64,000 nt of DNA from an uncultured virus (IMG/VR IMGVR_UViG_3300007770_000003) (Duplodnaviria > Heunggongvirae > Uroviricota > Caudoviricetes): IMG/VR virus record IMGVR_UViG_3300007770_000003; one strand, written 5' to 3'. Positions 43,279 to 53,512 of the stretch are shown in pieces. The translations under genes and the position numbers were made by a program. A model generated the notes under the pieces. That model worked only from the letters and a program-made list of their open reading frames with translations. It was not told the DNA's origin and ran no database searches. Within the stretch, counting starts at the first letter, position 1. Each line of letters starts with the position of its first letter.

Positions 43279-46110
43279 ATGACCGACCTGTTCGATTTCA
43301 TCTCGGACACCCGAGATGCCGTGATGGGGCCCCAGGCGAAAGAGCCGCCGTGGATGGCGGACTGCGTTCTGGAGTTGGTGACTACTGAGGAGTCTCTGAC
43401 GGCGTGCATCGACGCCTGCATCGCGGCAGGACGGTACGCCCTGGACCTGGAGGGGACGGGGTTGGATATCCGGGTGATCGATGGGGCTACCGTCGATAAG
43501 ATCGTCGGGTTCTGTCTCAGCCCGGATGGGGTTCACGGCTACTACATCCCGGTGAGGCATCGGGTAGACGACACCCCTCACCCGGCAAACATGAGCGTCT
43601 CCCTGGTGTTTTCGGAGATGAGGCGATTGGTCGCGTCCGGGTCAGTGGCTATCTTCCACAACGCCAAGTATGACCAGGAGCTACTCCAGTTCAACGGTGG
43701 CGAGCCGATCGGGACCTGGGAGGAGCCCCATAGTTTCGAGTGTACTCTGACTCTGGGGTACCTGGACAACAGCAAGCGGGTCCGGAACGGGTTGAAGTAC
43801 CTCGCAGAGCACCTCCTGGGGTGCAAGATGGTCGAGCTACACGAGCTGTATGACCGCGACTACAAGGGCCCGAAGGACTTTTCCCTGTTGTCGCCAACAG
43901 GGCACGGCGTCCTCTGGTACACCTGCGGGGACGCCCTCTGCACCTACCGGTTGTTTGACTACCTCCACCCACGGGTGATCGATCCTGAGGGGGGTCATGG
44001 CAAGGGGCAGGGGACCGTCTACCAGATCGAGAAGATGTGCGTCCCGGCGAACCGTTGGATGGAACGCTCCCGAATCACGGTAGACCCGGAGAAGATTCGT
44101 GAGCTGATTTGCCTGGGTCAGAAAGAAGAGTGGGAGGCGGTACTTCAGGTGATTGAGGGGGCGAACGAAATCCTGGGGCGGGATGTGACTCCCGGCTGGG
44201 TGAAGATTCTCCAGGGACAGGTGGACCCTGGACGGACGCATCTCTCAGCCTACGATCCAGACGACCTCTCTGTCTGGTTCATGGCTCGGGTTCAGGAGGC
44301 GAGACAGGAAGCCCTCCGCCTCCACCTGGACCCGATGGAATCAGCCGGTGGGAAGAAATCGAGGATCGCCACGGTGGCGAAGACCGTCCCCAAGCTCGCC
44401 TGGAAGAAGGGCGAGGAGAGGATGGAAGTGGTCAATTTCCCCCTGGTCTACGACCCGATGAAGCCCGCTACCCTCGGTCAGATGTTCCGGGAGATGGGCG
44501 TCCAGGGTCTCCGCCCGACAGAGAAGTCCGGGCAGGTCAAGACCAGCAAGGACGAGTTGGACCGGGTCGTGAAAGAAGCTGGGGTTCAGTTCCCCTTCAT
44601 GGGCAAAGTCAAGAGGTTCCGAGAAGTCCACAAGGCATTGTCCACGTACCTCATTCCGATGTATGAGGATCGGTATAAGTCGGAAGAGGGGGGTGATGAC
44701 ACCATCAAGATTAACTTCAACGCCACTAAGGTAGATACTGGACGTTTCTCGACGCCGGGGCAGAAGCTTCACCGGGGATTGCATGGAGGTACTCGTTTGA
44801 ACCTCCACGGTCTCCCGGCCGGGTACGATCCGGATCGCCCGGAGTGTATGAAGCGGATTCGGGAGTGTGTAGTCAGCCGGGAGCACCCGGACGGGACCCA
44901 GATGATCCTGGTCGCGGTGGACTATAGCGGGCAAGAGCTTCGGATCACGACCAACCAGACCCGGGAGCCGCTATGGATTGCGGAGTTCTTCCGGTGTAGC
45001 AAGTGCGGGATGACCTTCGACCAGGGGGATGGGAAGTCTACCCCCCGTCCGCCGCCGCCTTTTTGTCCGACCTGCGGATCGGACAAGATTGGGGACCTCC
45101 ACACCCTGACCACTCAGGTGATCTTCGGTAAGAACGTGGTGAATGAGCCGGGGTTCAAGCTCAAGCGGAACAAGACCAAGGGTGTGAACTTCGGGATTGT
45201 CTACGGCGGCGGTCCCCAGGCGGTTCAGGCTGCCGTTGGCGTGAGCAAGGAGGAGGGAGCCCGGATCAAGAGGCTGTTTGACGAGACCTACAAGGGGCTC
45301 TCCCGCGGCCAGAAGAGGCAGGTCAACTTCGCGAAGAAGTTTGGCTATGCCGTGACAGCGTTTGGCCGGCGGTGTCCTCTCCCGGACATTCACCTCCCCC
45401 GTAGAGATCCTGAGACGGGTCGCCCGAACTTCATGTTCATCTCCAAAGCCCTCCGGAACGCGGTGAATCACCCGGTCCAGGGGACCGGGGGAGATATCGG
45501 AAAGCTCGCTATGGCTCTCGTCTACAAGCTGGCGAGGAAGCGTAAGTGGATTGAGCGAGGGTTCCTCCACATGCCCATCACCATCCATGATGAGCTGGTC
45601 TTTGAGATCCACCCCAGCATCATCGCGGAAGCCCTGCCTCTGATCGTCGAAAACATGGCGTGGGAGACCGTCAAGAAGTTGAGGTGGCCTGTCCCGCTGA
45701 CGGTGGATGTGGAGGCGGGGTTCAACTGGTCTGTGCCGTGGAACATCACGGAGTGTCAGCATGGGAAGTCAGTCTTCCCCCCGGAGCTGAAGCCTTATTT
45801 CCCGGAGGTCGAGGCCCCGGAGCCCTCCGATACCCCTTCCGTTGTAGAGGAGATGGCGATCGGGGATGAGGAGATTCCCCCGGAGGGGCCTTCCGTCAAG
45901 AAGGGGGATTCCCTCGTCCTCTTCATCCCCCGAGACAAGATGAAGGCGTCCTTCATGTATGCCCTGGCGGACCTGATCATTGAGAAGCAAGGTCGGGGGA
46001 CGGTCCCTCTCGCGCTGCGATCTGAAGAGGGTGCGAGTCTCCTTGATCGTGAGGTCCGGGTAGGCATTGTAGAATTCACTGAAGCCTTTGAAGAGCTGCT
46101 CAGCCGATGA
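43279..46110 (+). CDS. polA: Family A DNA polymerase with 3'-5' exonuclease domain
   Basis: Exo motifs DLEGTG, HNAKYD and YTCGD; TGRFS; motif A DYSGQELR; motif B RNKTKGVNFGIVYG; motif C IHDEL. AGGAGG RBS. Confidence 0.95.
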   Translation: MTDLFDFISDTRDAVMGPQAKEPPWMADCVLELVTTEESLTACIDACIAAGRYALDLEGTGLDIRVIDGATVDKIVGFCLSPDGVHGYYIPVRHRVDDTPHPANMSVSLVFSEMRRLVASGSVAIFHNAKYDQELLQFNGGEPIGTWEEPHSFECTLTLGYLDNSKRVRNGLKYLAEHLLGCKMVELHELYDRDYKGPKDFSLLSPTGHGVLWYTCGDALCTYRLFDYLHPRVIDPEGGHGKGQGTVYQIEKMCVPANRWMERSRITVDPEKIRELICLGQKEEWEAVLQVIEGANEILGRDVTPGWVKILQGQVDPGRTHLSAYDPDDLSVWFMARVQEARQEALRLHLDPMESAGGKKSRIATVAKTVPKLAWKKGEERMEVVNFPLVYDPMKPATLGQMFREMGVQGLRPTEKSGQVKTSKDELDRVVKEAGVQFPFMGKVKRFREVHKALSTYLIPMYEDRYKSEEGGDDTIKINFNATKVDTGRFSTPGQKLHRGLHGGTRLNLHGLPAGYDPDRPECMKRIRECVVSREHPDGTQMILVAVDYSGQELRITTNQTREPLWIAEFFRCSKCGMTFDQGDGKSTPRPPPPFCPTCGSDKIGDLHTLTTQVIFGKNVVNEPGFKLKRNKTKGVNFGIVYGGGPQAVQAAVGVSKEEGARIKRLFDETYKGLSRGQKRQVNFAKKFGYAVTAFGRRCPLPDIHLPRRDPETGRPNFMFISKALRNAVNHPVQGTGGDIGKLAMALVYKLARKRKWIERGFLHMPITIHDELVFEIHPSIIAEALPLIVENMAWETVKKLRWPVPLTVDVEAGFNWSVPWNITECQHGKSVFPPELKPYFPEVEAPEPSDTPSVVEEMAIGDEEIPPEGPSVKKGDSLVLFIPRDKMKASFMYALADLIIEKQGRGTVPLALRSEEGASLLDREVRVGIVEFTEAFEELLSR

Positions 46111-46505
46111 CTGATGACCTGGACACCCGAGTGAGGCGGCTGGAAGCCATGATGGGGCTGTCTCCTTTCACGACCTGCCAGGGGGATCCGGATCTCTGTG
46201 GGGAAGCTTGCACCCCCCAAAGTTGCCCGGTCCAGAACAACCCCCTTCAAGATGCCCTGACCCGCCTGGAACACCTTCAAGCTTGGCAAGAGCACCTGAG
46301 GTTTCTCCTGGGGGGTGCCGGAGATGAGGAGTTGGAAGCCGCCTTCCGACGGGCGAAGGTCTATGCCCGCCTGTGTTCCCTAGTCCATCGTCGGCAGAAG
46401 CAGGAGGTTGACTCGACGATTCCTGTTCTACAGCAGGCAGCCCGTGAGAACATCCGGGAGTTGGACGCAGAGGTCAGGGATCTCCTGGGGGAGCTGTGTC
46501 CGTGA
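46107..46505 (+). CDS. Hypothetical protein
   Basis: ATGA-coupled to polA. Confidence 0.55.
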   Translation: MTDDLDTRVRRLEAMMGLSPFTTCQGDPDLCGEACTPQSCPVQNNPLQDALTRLEHLQAWQEHLRFLLGGAGDEELEAAFRRAKVYARLCSLVHRRQKQEVDSTIPVLQQAARENIRELDAEVRDLLGELCP

Positions 46506-47344
46506 AAGACTTCTTCAACGAGTGCTATGACAACAAGGCTCGGCGGCTTGGTTCCCCCGAAGCTTTCGGGCAGGCGTTCTGCCGGCGGTGCCGCAATCAG
46601 GATTGCCGGCGGGCGGGCAAGGGTCGCACGGAGTGGCTCCAGCGAGTCCTCACTCAGGAAGAGCGACTCCTGAGGAACCCGAACTTCGCTGACCCCAATG
46701 ACCCCGCTTTTGAGGAGATCCGCCGCCTCCCTTTTAAAGACATGTTCCGAGAGGCGGTACGCCAGGAGATCGCGGACATTCGTCAGGATTGGGAGCCTGT
46801 TACCGGGGCTGATGTAGCGGCATTTGCACAGGGGGCTTTCCAGAACCGGACACCGGAGGCTTTCCAGACGGCCCCGGAGGACGTCGAGGTTCCGGCCTCC
46901 GAAGACGATGAGATCGTGATCGAGTGGGAGGTTCGGATCAAGGGCTCCAGCCCGCGGACCACCTATGACGTGACCCTCGGTGGCCTAGCCGGTCGGCCTC
47001 CTGTCTGGTCTTGTCCCTGCAAGGGGTTCCAATACGGGGGCGGGGCTCCCTGTAAGCACATCCAACAAGCGAAGAAGGCTTACGCCCGCTCTCGTCAATT
47101 TGAACCGGAGAATGAGGTTGAGCCCTCGGTTCCTCGGGTACCTCCTCCCCGGCACCCGAGGAAGTTCCCCAAGGCCGGGAACACTCAGACGCCTCCTGGC
47201 GGCTTGATGGTCGGAGGCGGGCCTGTACCCCCTCAAGAGCCTGAAACCGACCCCTGGGCGGTCCCTGAGCCGAAGGGGCGGGTGATTCCAGTAGGGGGGC
47301 GGGTAAGGATGGGGCTCAAGTCGGGAGACAAGAAAGATGACTAG
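46496..47344 (+). CDS. SWIM zinc-finger-containing protein
   Basis: YDVTL...WSCPCKGF...CKHI motif; N-terminal C..CRRC...C cluster. Confidence 0.7.
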   Translation: MSVKDFFNECYDNKARRLGSPEAFGQAFCRRCRNQDCRRAGKGRTEWLQRVLTQEERLLRNPNFADPNDPAFEEIRRLPFKDMFREAVRQEIADIRQDWEPVTGADVAAFAQGAFQNRTPEAFQTAPEDVEVPASEDDEIVIEWEVRIKGSSPRTTYDVTLGGLAGRPPVWSCPCKGFQYGGGAPCKHIQQAKKAYARSRQFEPENEVEPSVPRVPPPRHPRKFPKAGNTQTPPGGLMVGGGPVPPQEPETDPWAVPEPKGRVIPVGGRVRMGLKSGDKKDD

Positions 47345-48650
47345 CCCTGTCGTGCTCTCCAGGGGAATCGGGGACGACCCTCCAACAGCGAGCCTCTACT
47401 ATGGCATCGGGGCTCGGGCTGGATTGAAGCTCCTCCCTTCGGATTCGGTCCAGGCGATCGTGACCTCCCCTCCTTACTGGAGCCTCCGGGATTATGGAAC
47501 CGACCCCGAGGTGTGGGGTGGGGACCCCGCGTGCGACCACCAGTGGATAGAGTCCGCCTGCACCTGCGGTGCCTGGAAGGGCCAGCTCGGGCTAGAGCCC
47601 ACACCGGATCTCTTCGTCCGGAATTTGGTGGAGATCTTCCGCGAGGCTCGGAGAGTTCTTCGTCCTGATGGTGTCCTCTGGTTGAATCTGGGGGACAGCT
47701 ATGCAGGCGGGGGGCGAGCGGGAAAGAACCCGGAGTATCACCAGCGGCATACGATGTTCGGGAAGACGACGGACCCGAAGCACACGGGCAAGTTCGGTCT
47801 GCCTCAGAAGGTCCCGAAGGGGTTGAAGCCGAAAGACCTCATCGGGATCCCCTGGCGGGTCGCGCTGGCTCTCCAGGCAGATGGGTGGTGGCTTCGGTCA
47901 GACGTCCCCTGGATAAAAAAGAACCCGATGCCCAGCTCGGTGACCGATCGCCCGGTATCCGGTCACGAATACTGGTTCCTGCTCTCCAAGAGCCGTCGCT
48001 ATTTCTATGACCATGTCGCGGTCAGAGTGGATTTCCAGAGCCGCCACGGTGGAGCAGACGGGGCGAAGAAGGCTTCGGAACGGAATGTTGGAGGGAGGAC
48101 GGACGGCTACACCAAGCCCAACGGGATTGACCCCAGCAAGAACGGCGGGCGGAATTTCCGTAGCGGGGATTCCTGGGTGACTTCCATGAAAATCGCGGAG
48201 GAGCATTGCAGAGCATATGCCGATCACCTCTCCCGGATCAGGAGAGACGGGGGGTTGCTCCATGACCCGGACGGCTCCCCCATCGCGATCTATTCGAGCT
48301 TGAAGGCGTACAAGGGGGCTCACTTCGCCGTCTTCAACGAGGAAGTGATCACCCCACTCCTCCAGGCATCAGCCTCAGCCGGGGGTTGTTGTTCTGCTTG
48401 CGGGCTGCCCTATGAGCGGGGCGAGGGGTGGGTCCCGGGGTGCTCGTGTGAGGCTCCGCGGGGACGAAGCCTCATCTTGGATCCGTTCAGCGGGTCCGCG
48501 ACGACAGGGTTGGTGTCTTTCAACCTCGGGTTGAACTATATCGGGATCGATCGGAATCAGGACTACCTGGATCTGGCTAAGGCCCGCTTGAACCACCGGA
48601 AGCCGCCTGAGCCTTCTGGGTTCGGGGAGATAAGGGGCTTGCTGGAATGA
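47337..48650 (+). CDS. DNA methyltransferase, N4/N6 family (beta-type order)
   Basis: VTSPPYW, LWLNLGDSY, HFAVF and LDPFSGSATT. Confidence 0.93.
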   Translation: MTSPVVLSRGIGDDPPTASLYYGIGARAGLKLLPSDSVQAIVTSPPYWSLRDYGTDPEVWGGDPACDHQWIESACTCGAWKGQLGLEPTPDLFVRNLVEIFREARRVLRPDGVLWLNLGDSYAGGGRAGKNPEYHQRHTMFGKTTDPKHTGKFGLPQKVPKGLKPKDLIGIPWRVALALQADGWWLRSDVPWIKKNPMPSSVTDRPVSGHEYWFLLSKSRRYFYDHVAVRVDFQSRHGGADGAKKASERNVGGRTDGYTKPNGIDPSKNGGRNFRSGDSWVTSMKIAEEHCRAYADHLSRIRRDGGLLHDPDGSPIAIYSSLKAYKGAHFAVFNEEVITPLLQASASAGGCCSACGLPYERGEGWVPGCSCEAPRGRSLILDPFSGSATTGLVSFNLGLNYIGIDRNQDYLDLAKARLNHRKPPEPSGFGEIRGLLE

Positions 48651-50101
48651 AGCCTGAGATTCTCCGTCTCCCGATTGGGGATGACGCCCCTACGGCAACC
48701 CTCTATTACGGGATCTCTGTGCTAGAGGGGCTTCGGTTACTGAAGACTGCGAGCGTCCATACGATCGTGACCTCTCCTCCCTATTGGGGCTTGCGGGACT
48801 ACGGGGTCCCCCACCACCCGTGGCCGGCGGTAGATTTCCTACCGATGCCTGGACTTCCGCCAGAAACGACCCTGTCTATTCCGGACCAAACAGGGTGTCT
48901 GGGGTTGGAGCCTGATCTCTGGGCCTACGTCGGGCATCTCGTGGCAGTGTTTCGAGAGCTGCGGCGAGTATTGCGGGAGGACGGGACGGTATGGCTAAAT
49001 CTTGGAGATTCCTACCAATCGAGCAAAGGCGTTCCAGGTGGGAGCCGACGTTGGAAGACAGAAGAGAATGATGACCTGAAGAATCCTGCGAGGCGTTTTG
49101 GACTCCGCCCTCAGGATATGGTTTCTTCCTGGCGGAAGCCTAAGGATCTTTGTTTTGTGCCTGAGCGCGTTGTCCTCGCCCTCCAAGCGGAGGGCTGGTA
49201 CGTCCGCGCAAAAATCCCGTGGGTGAAGCGGAGTGCTATGCCAGGATCCCAGCAAGACCGCCCAACGGTAGCGACCGAATGGATCTACCTACTCGCGCAT
49301 CCCGACAGCGGCGGGCGGTATTTTTATGACCAGGAAGCGGTAAAAGAAGCCTCTTCCTGGTCGAGGAAAAACGACCCGAAGTGGGGTACGCAACGCACCA
49401 TAACAAACGCGAAGAAAGGTTGCGGGAACCGCAACGCCCACAGCAACGGAATGGCGGGTTGGCAGCCAAGCCACGGGCGAATTCGCCGCGACAGCGATTG
49501 GTTCTATGATTCTATCACGGCGCTTCTAGCGGAGAAGTCGGAGGATCGGATTCAGGGCCTCATTGAGGCCCCGGAGTCCGGTCATCCTATTGCTTTCTGC
49601 GTCAACCCGCGGCCTTTCAAGAGTGCTCACTTCGCCGTCTTCCCGCCAACGCTCGTAAAGCCGATGATCCAGGCTTCCACTTCAAAAAAGGGAGTTTGCG
49701 AGGCGTGCGGAACTCCCTGGCTTCGCCACACCACGAGAAGCAAGATTACTTCGGATCTTGCTATCAGCAGCCGCAGGAAAGACCTGCATGGCCCTACTTA
49801 CCGCCGTCATTCTCAGAGCATTCCAGGCGGGCAATCCCTTGTGTCAACTGAAGTAGTTTCCTCAGATTGGGAGCCCGGGTGTGAGTGCGGTGCTTCTATT
49901 GCTAGGGCTTCGATACTCGATCCCTTCAGCGGCTCGGGGACGACGGGGATGGTAGCCCTTCAAGAAGGGAGGAACTACATCGGGATCGACCTGAACCCTG
50001 ACTATCTGCCCCTAGCCAAGACTCGCATTCTGGGGAAGCACGCTCGTGTGTCTCCCAAGCAGGACTCGGAGAGCCTCGGCGGTATTCTGGATTTGTTGTA
50101 G
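48647..50101 (+). CDS. DNA methyltransferase, N4/N6 family; paralog of the previous gene
   Basis: VTSPPYW, VWLNLGDSY, HFAVFP and LDPFSGSGTT. Confidence 0.93.
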   Translation: MKPEILRLPIGDDAPTATLYYGISVLEGLRLLKTASVHTIVTSPPYWGLRDYGVPHHPWPAVDFLPMPGLPPETTLSIPDQTGCLGLEPDLWAYVGHLVAVFRELRRVLREDGTVWLNLGDSYQSSKGVPGGSRRWKTEENDDLKNPARRFGLRPQDMVSSWRKPKDLCFVPERVVLALQAEGWYVRAKIPWVKRSAMPGSQQDRPTVATEWIYLLAHPDSGGRYFYDQEAVKEASSWSRKNDPKWGTQRTITNAKKGCGNRNAHSNGMAGWQPSHGRIRRDSDWFYDSITALLAEKSEDRIQGLIEAPESGHPIAFCVNPRPFKSAHFAVFPPTLVKPMIQASTSKKGVCEACGTPWLRHTTRSKITSDLAISSRRKDLHGPTYRRHSQSIPGGQSLVSTEVVSSDWEPGCECGASIARASILDPFSGSGTTGMVALQEGRNYIGIDLNPDYLPLAKTRILGKHARVSPKQDSESLGGILDLL

Positions 50102-50112
50102 CGAGGCATCTC

Positions 50113-51312
50113 ATGTCCCTTTCAGAAATCAACGCCGCAGTTCAAGATCTCGTGAAAGGTCTCGCGGAGACCCACCCGGAGATCGGAGAGGTGCTCGCCG
50201 CTGCCCGTGCGGGTGGTCTGACTGAGGCGGAGGCGATGGCTCGTCTCATCAGGTTGGTCCGGGAGAACCCCGAGATGGCGTCGTCGATCGAGGAGATCGG
50301 GATGCGGGCTTTCCAACCTCTCAGGGAGCCCGAGACCGCGATGGTCCCGGTCGGTGAGACCAGGGTTGTCGTTGTGGACGGGGAAGAGGTCCCTCTGGTC
50401 GTTCAGACTGGCCCGGGGCTGCCCCGGCTCAACCCTCATTATGAGGCGGCTCTCGCGGAGAGGCTTCAGTTCGACGGTGATATCCCGGAAGCCAGGACCG
50501 GCTCGCTCCCGCCTGGAAGTACCCCCGCGGTTCCGGTTGAGACTTCGGCTCGGAACATGGCTGCGATCGGGAAGATGCTGGAGACAGCATCGGAAGAAGT
50601 CATGGAGGAGCTAGACGAAGTTCGGGAATCGATCGCGGTTCGCCTCCAGGCAGAGCAGGAAGCTACGACCCCCCGAATCGGGGAAGGCTTTCACAAGACC
50701 GGGGCTCCTGTCCCCGCCCAGGTCACCACCGCGGAGCTGTGGGAAGCGAAGGACGACGTTGTCGCGAGGGCCCAACGTGGGGCCCAGGTGGCGGTCGGTG
50801 TGGAAGCCGAGAAGGGCTTCATCGATTTGGTTCGGGAGCATGAGCCTACCGGCTATCGAACCGGGGAGACGCCGGATCTCCTCCCCGTCCAGACGCCCTC
50901 AGGGGCCTCCCTGGCGGCTCTTTCCCCCGAGGACAGGAACCAAGCTGCGTGGAGAGCCTTGAGCACCACACAAGGGCGTAGGACGGCACTACGGGGCATT
51001 CAGGAGATGATCGCGATCGGGCTGGCGAACGAGGGCATCGAGCTGGTCGTCAAGACTCACCCTACGGGGCGGCTGGCCTCTGATGACGAAGTCCTGGTGT
51101 ATGAAGACTGGAAGGTGGAGCTGGCGGGGCCGAAGGGCACCCAGGGCAACTTCGCGTTTATGGACACGGCTGCGAAGGTTCTGCTTTCCAAGCTGGTGAA
51201 GCATGACCTGAAGGGGCTCCCCGGGTCTGCTCGGCTGGAGGTTTTGGCTGTCAACACGGTGTCGATCAATCAGGTCGGCTGGGCGGCGAGGATTGTCGTC
51301 AAGAAGGCTTGA
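50113..51312 (+). CDS. Hypothetical protein
   Basis: 399-aa ORF in operon context. Confidence 0.7.
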   Translation: MSLSEINAAVQDLVKGLAETHPEIGEVLAAARAGGLTEAEAMARLIRLVRENPEMASSIEEIGMRAFQPLREPETAMVPVGETRVVVVDGEEVPLVVQTGPGLPRLNPHYEAALAERLQFDGDIPEARTGSLPPGSTPAVPVETSARNMAAIGKMLETASEEVMEELDEVRESIAVRLQAEQEATTPRIGEGFHKTGAPVPAQVTTAELWEAKDDVVARAQRGAQVAVGVEAEKGFIDLVREHEPTGYRTGETPDLLPVQTPSGASLAALSPEDRNQAAWRALSTTQGRRTALRGIQEMIAIGLANEGIELVVKTHPTGRLASDDEVLVYEDWKVELAGPKGTQGNFAFMDTAAKVLLSKLVKHDLKGLPGSARLEVLAVNTVSINQVGWAARIVVKKA

Positions 51313-51711
51313 ATGACCTTATGGACGTTTCGATTCCAAGGCGGGACCTCGTTTACCCTCCGCGTGCCCTGGAATCCTCCGGTTGAGCACGACGGCTACC
51401 TGACGGTAGCCCATCTCCTCTGCTCGGAAGAGATGTATCAGGTGGTCCTTCGATTTGTTGAAGGACAGGGCACCCGGGTTCTCTCTCACAGTGAAGGTCA
51501 GACGGACGAGCAGGCGGAAGAGCGGAGGCGTCTCCTGGGGGACCCGGATGCTCTGTTCCCTTGCGTGAAATGCCCTGGGTGTTTCTGGTTTGACCCGACT
51601 CTTCCGGGGATGTGCGGGGCGAAGGAGTGGGAGCCCAGCTTTCGGGAAGCTGCGGTAAGGGTTCATGAGCGGGCTCGTGAAGGTCTCGCTGAGTGCCCGG
51701 TTTTACCTTGA
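51313..51711 (+). CDS. Hypothetical Cys-containing protein
   Basis: Abuts the previous gene; CVKCPGC..C. Confidence 0.6.
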   Translation: MTLWTFRFQGGTSFTLRVPWNPPVEHDGYLTVAHLLCSEEMYQVVLRFVEGQGTRVLSHSEGQTDEQAEERRRLLGDPDALFPCVKCPGCFWFDPTLPGMCGAKEWEPSFREAAVRVHERAREGLAECPVLP

Positions 51712-52193
51712 TCGTCATCCACCTTTGCCGGAAACCCCTGGTGAGAAACACCGTGACGGCGAGTGTCTTGGAAGAAGGGGCGGGGGCGTTGAATATTGAT
51801 GCCTCTCGGGTTGGCACCGAGAGAACGACGACCAGTATCTCCGGGGGGAGGGGGTTCGGGAGTAACTTTCGGGATGACGGCTGGGTACCACCATCCGAGA
51901 GCAGCCTCCGGGAGAATCCTCCGGGGAGGTGGCCTGCCAATCTCATTCTCCAACACGCCACGGGGTGTCGGCTGACAGGGACCAGGGAGGTTCCTGGGAT
52001 CAGCGGGGGGTCTACTTCAGGTCACAACGCTCTGGGGCAGGGCTCGGGATGGAATTCCCACCGGAACCGGGAGACTCCTATCCGTCGGTCTGAGACCGAG
52101 GTGGTCCCCGTCTGGGAGTGCGGAGAGGGTTGCGTGGTAGCGGACTTCAACGCAGACCCCAGATTTTTCAAGCAGGTGAAGCGTGAACCCTGA
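51708..52193 (+). CDS. Second stand-alone methyltransferase-internal-like segment; paralog of 42162-42797
   Basis: VIHLCRKPL, GALNIDASRVG, GRWPANLILQH, WEC..GC.V and RFFKQV. Confidence 0.65.
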   Translation: MIVIHLCRKPLVRNTVTASVLEEGAGALNIDASRVGTERTTTSISGGRGFGSNFRDDGWVPPSESSLRENPPGRWPANLILQHATGCRLTGTREVPGISGGSTSGHNALGQGSGWNSHRNRETPIRRSETEVVPVWECGEGCVVADFNADPRFFKQVKREP

Positions 52194-53088
52194 CAAGTAT
52201 CTGATTGGCGATTCAACGGACCTTCTGAAGCAAGTTCCTCGCAGCTCGGTAGGCTTGATCGTGACCGACCCCGCCTACTCCTCCCTGGAGAAGTGGAGGA
52301 AGATGGGGACGACGACGAGACTGAAGCAGTCGAAGTCGTCGAGCAATGATTGGTTTCCCACGGTGGAGAACGACTACTTCGGGCCGTTCTTCAAGGAGTG
52401 CTTCCGGGCTCTTCGTCGTCCTGGGCACATCTACGTCATGTGTGACGACGAGATGAGCTACATCCTCCGGCCTGCCCTGGAGGCGGCGGGGTTCGCTTAC
52501 CGGAAGAAGATCATCTGGCGGAAGGTGGGGAAGGACGAACCGATCAACTGCCCTCACTGCGGCGGCGTAGCGGCGACTCGCCAGCGACCGGGTCAACCGG
52601 GAATGGGCTACCCCTTCCGCAGCTCTTACGAAGTAGTTCTTCTAGCTGAGAAGGGGAAGCGACCCGCACCGAGAGATCGAAAGGTCAGGGACTTCATCGA
52701 CGTGGATGACTGGCCCGATTGGGAATCTCTCTGGCTCCCGGAGTACATTAATATATTAACTGATGTGGTGGAAATACCCCGCATCAAGCCTTCCAGGGGC
52801 GGGAAAGCAGTATACCCCACTCAGAAGCCCTTGTCGCTCCTCCGAACGTTGATTCGGCAGTCGTCAAACCCGGGAGACCTCGTCCTCGACCCCTTCGCGG
52901 GATCAGGGAGCACTCTCCTCGCTGCGGCTCAAGAGGACCGAGATTACCTGGGATTCGACATTTCGACGGGGGCGAGAGACTTTTGTAGGGCTCGCCAGGA
53001 GTGGATTGGGGTGGGGGAGGTCGAAAGAACCGAGGCTAGCGTAGGAGGGGTGAGCGAATCTGATTTCACGAGCTTGTTTGGAGGCTGA
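52183..53088 (+). CDS. DNA methyltransferase, N6/N4 family
   Basis: VTDPAY, YPTQKP and LDPFAGSGST; contains a CPHCG insert. Confidence 0.9.
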   Translation: MNPDKYLIGDSTDLLKQVPRSSVGLIVTDPAYSSLEKWRKMGTTTRLKQSKSSSNDWFPTVENDYFGPFFKECFRALRRPGHIYVMCDDEMSYILRPALEAAGFAYRKKIIWRKVGKDEPINCPHCGGVAATRQRPGQPGMGYPFRSSYEVVLLAEKGKRPAPRDRKVRDFIDVDDWPDWESLWLPEYINILTDVVEIPRIKPSRGGKAVYPTQKPLSLLRTLIRQSSNPGDLVLDPFAGSGSTLLAAAQEDRDYLGFDISTGARDFCRARQEWIGVGEVERTEASVGGVSESDFTSLFGG

Positions 53089-53089
53089 G

Positions 53090-53512
53090 ATGAATCGCCG
53101 GTCTCTTCTGAAGACCCGTCAGGACCGCCTTCAGGCGGAAGGCCCCGAGGCGGTCCTCCCTTCCGAATGGGTCTCCCGGATTCGGGTTCAGATGAGGAGA
53201 ATCAACCCTGTCGTCTCCCCTGTCGATCTGGAAATTGGCATCAAAAGCTGTGTGGGCTCCATCCTCTTTGAGGCGTACTACACAGGCGCCGACGAACCCG
53301 AAGAAGAACACCTGAAAGCGGTGCTCAATCGGTTGCAGTCAATCCAGGGGCTCGCGACGGGGCTCTCCCGAGAAGAGGTATTCGTCGCGACTCTCCAGAA
53401 CCTCGTCCACGAGGCTGAGGTTCTGGGCGAGAAGAAGCCTGACTACCTCTTGGTCCGAGAGATCCTCAAAGCCGTGTCAATGCTATCAGTCAAGCTGAAG
53501 GAGTCGAAGTGA
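53090..53512 (+). CDS. Hypothetical protein
   Basis: GGAGG RBS; operon context. Confidence 0.6.
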   Translation: MNRRSLLKTRQDRLQAEGPEAVLPSEWVSRIRVQMRRINPVVSPVDLEIGIKSCVGSILFEAYYTGADEPEEEHLKAVLNRLQSIQGLATGLSREEVFVATLQNLVHEAEVLGEKKPDYLLVREILKAVSMLSVKLKESK

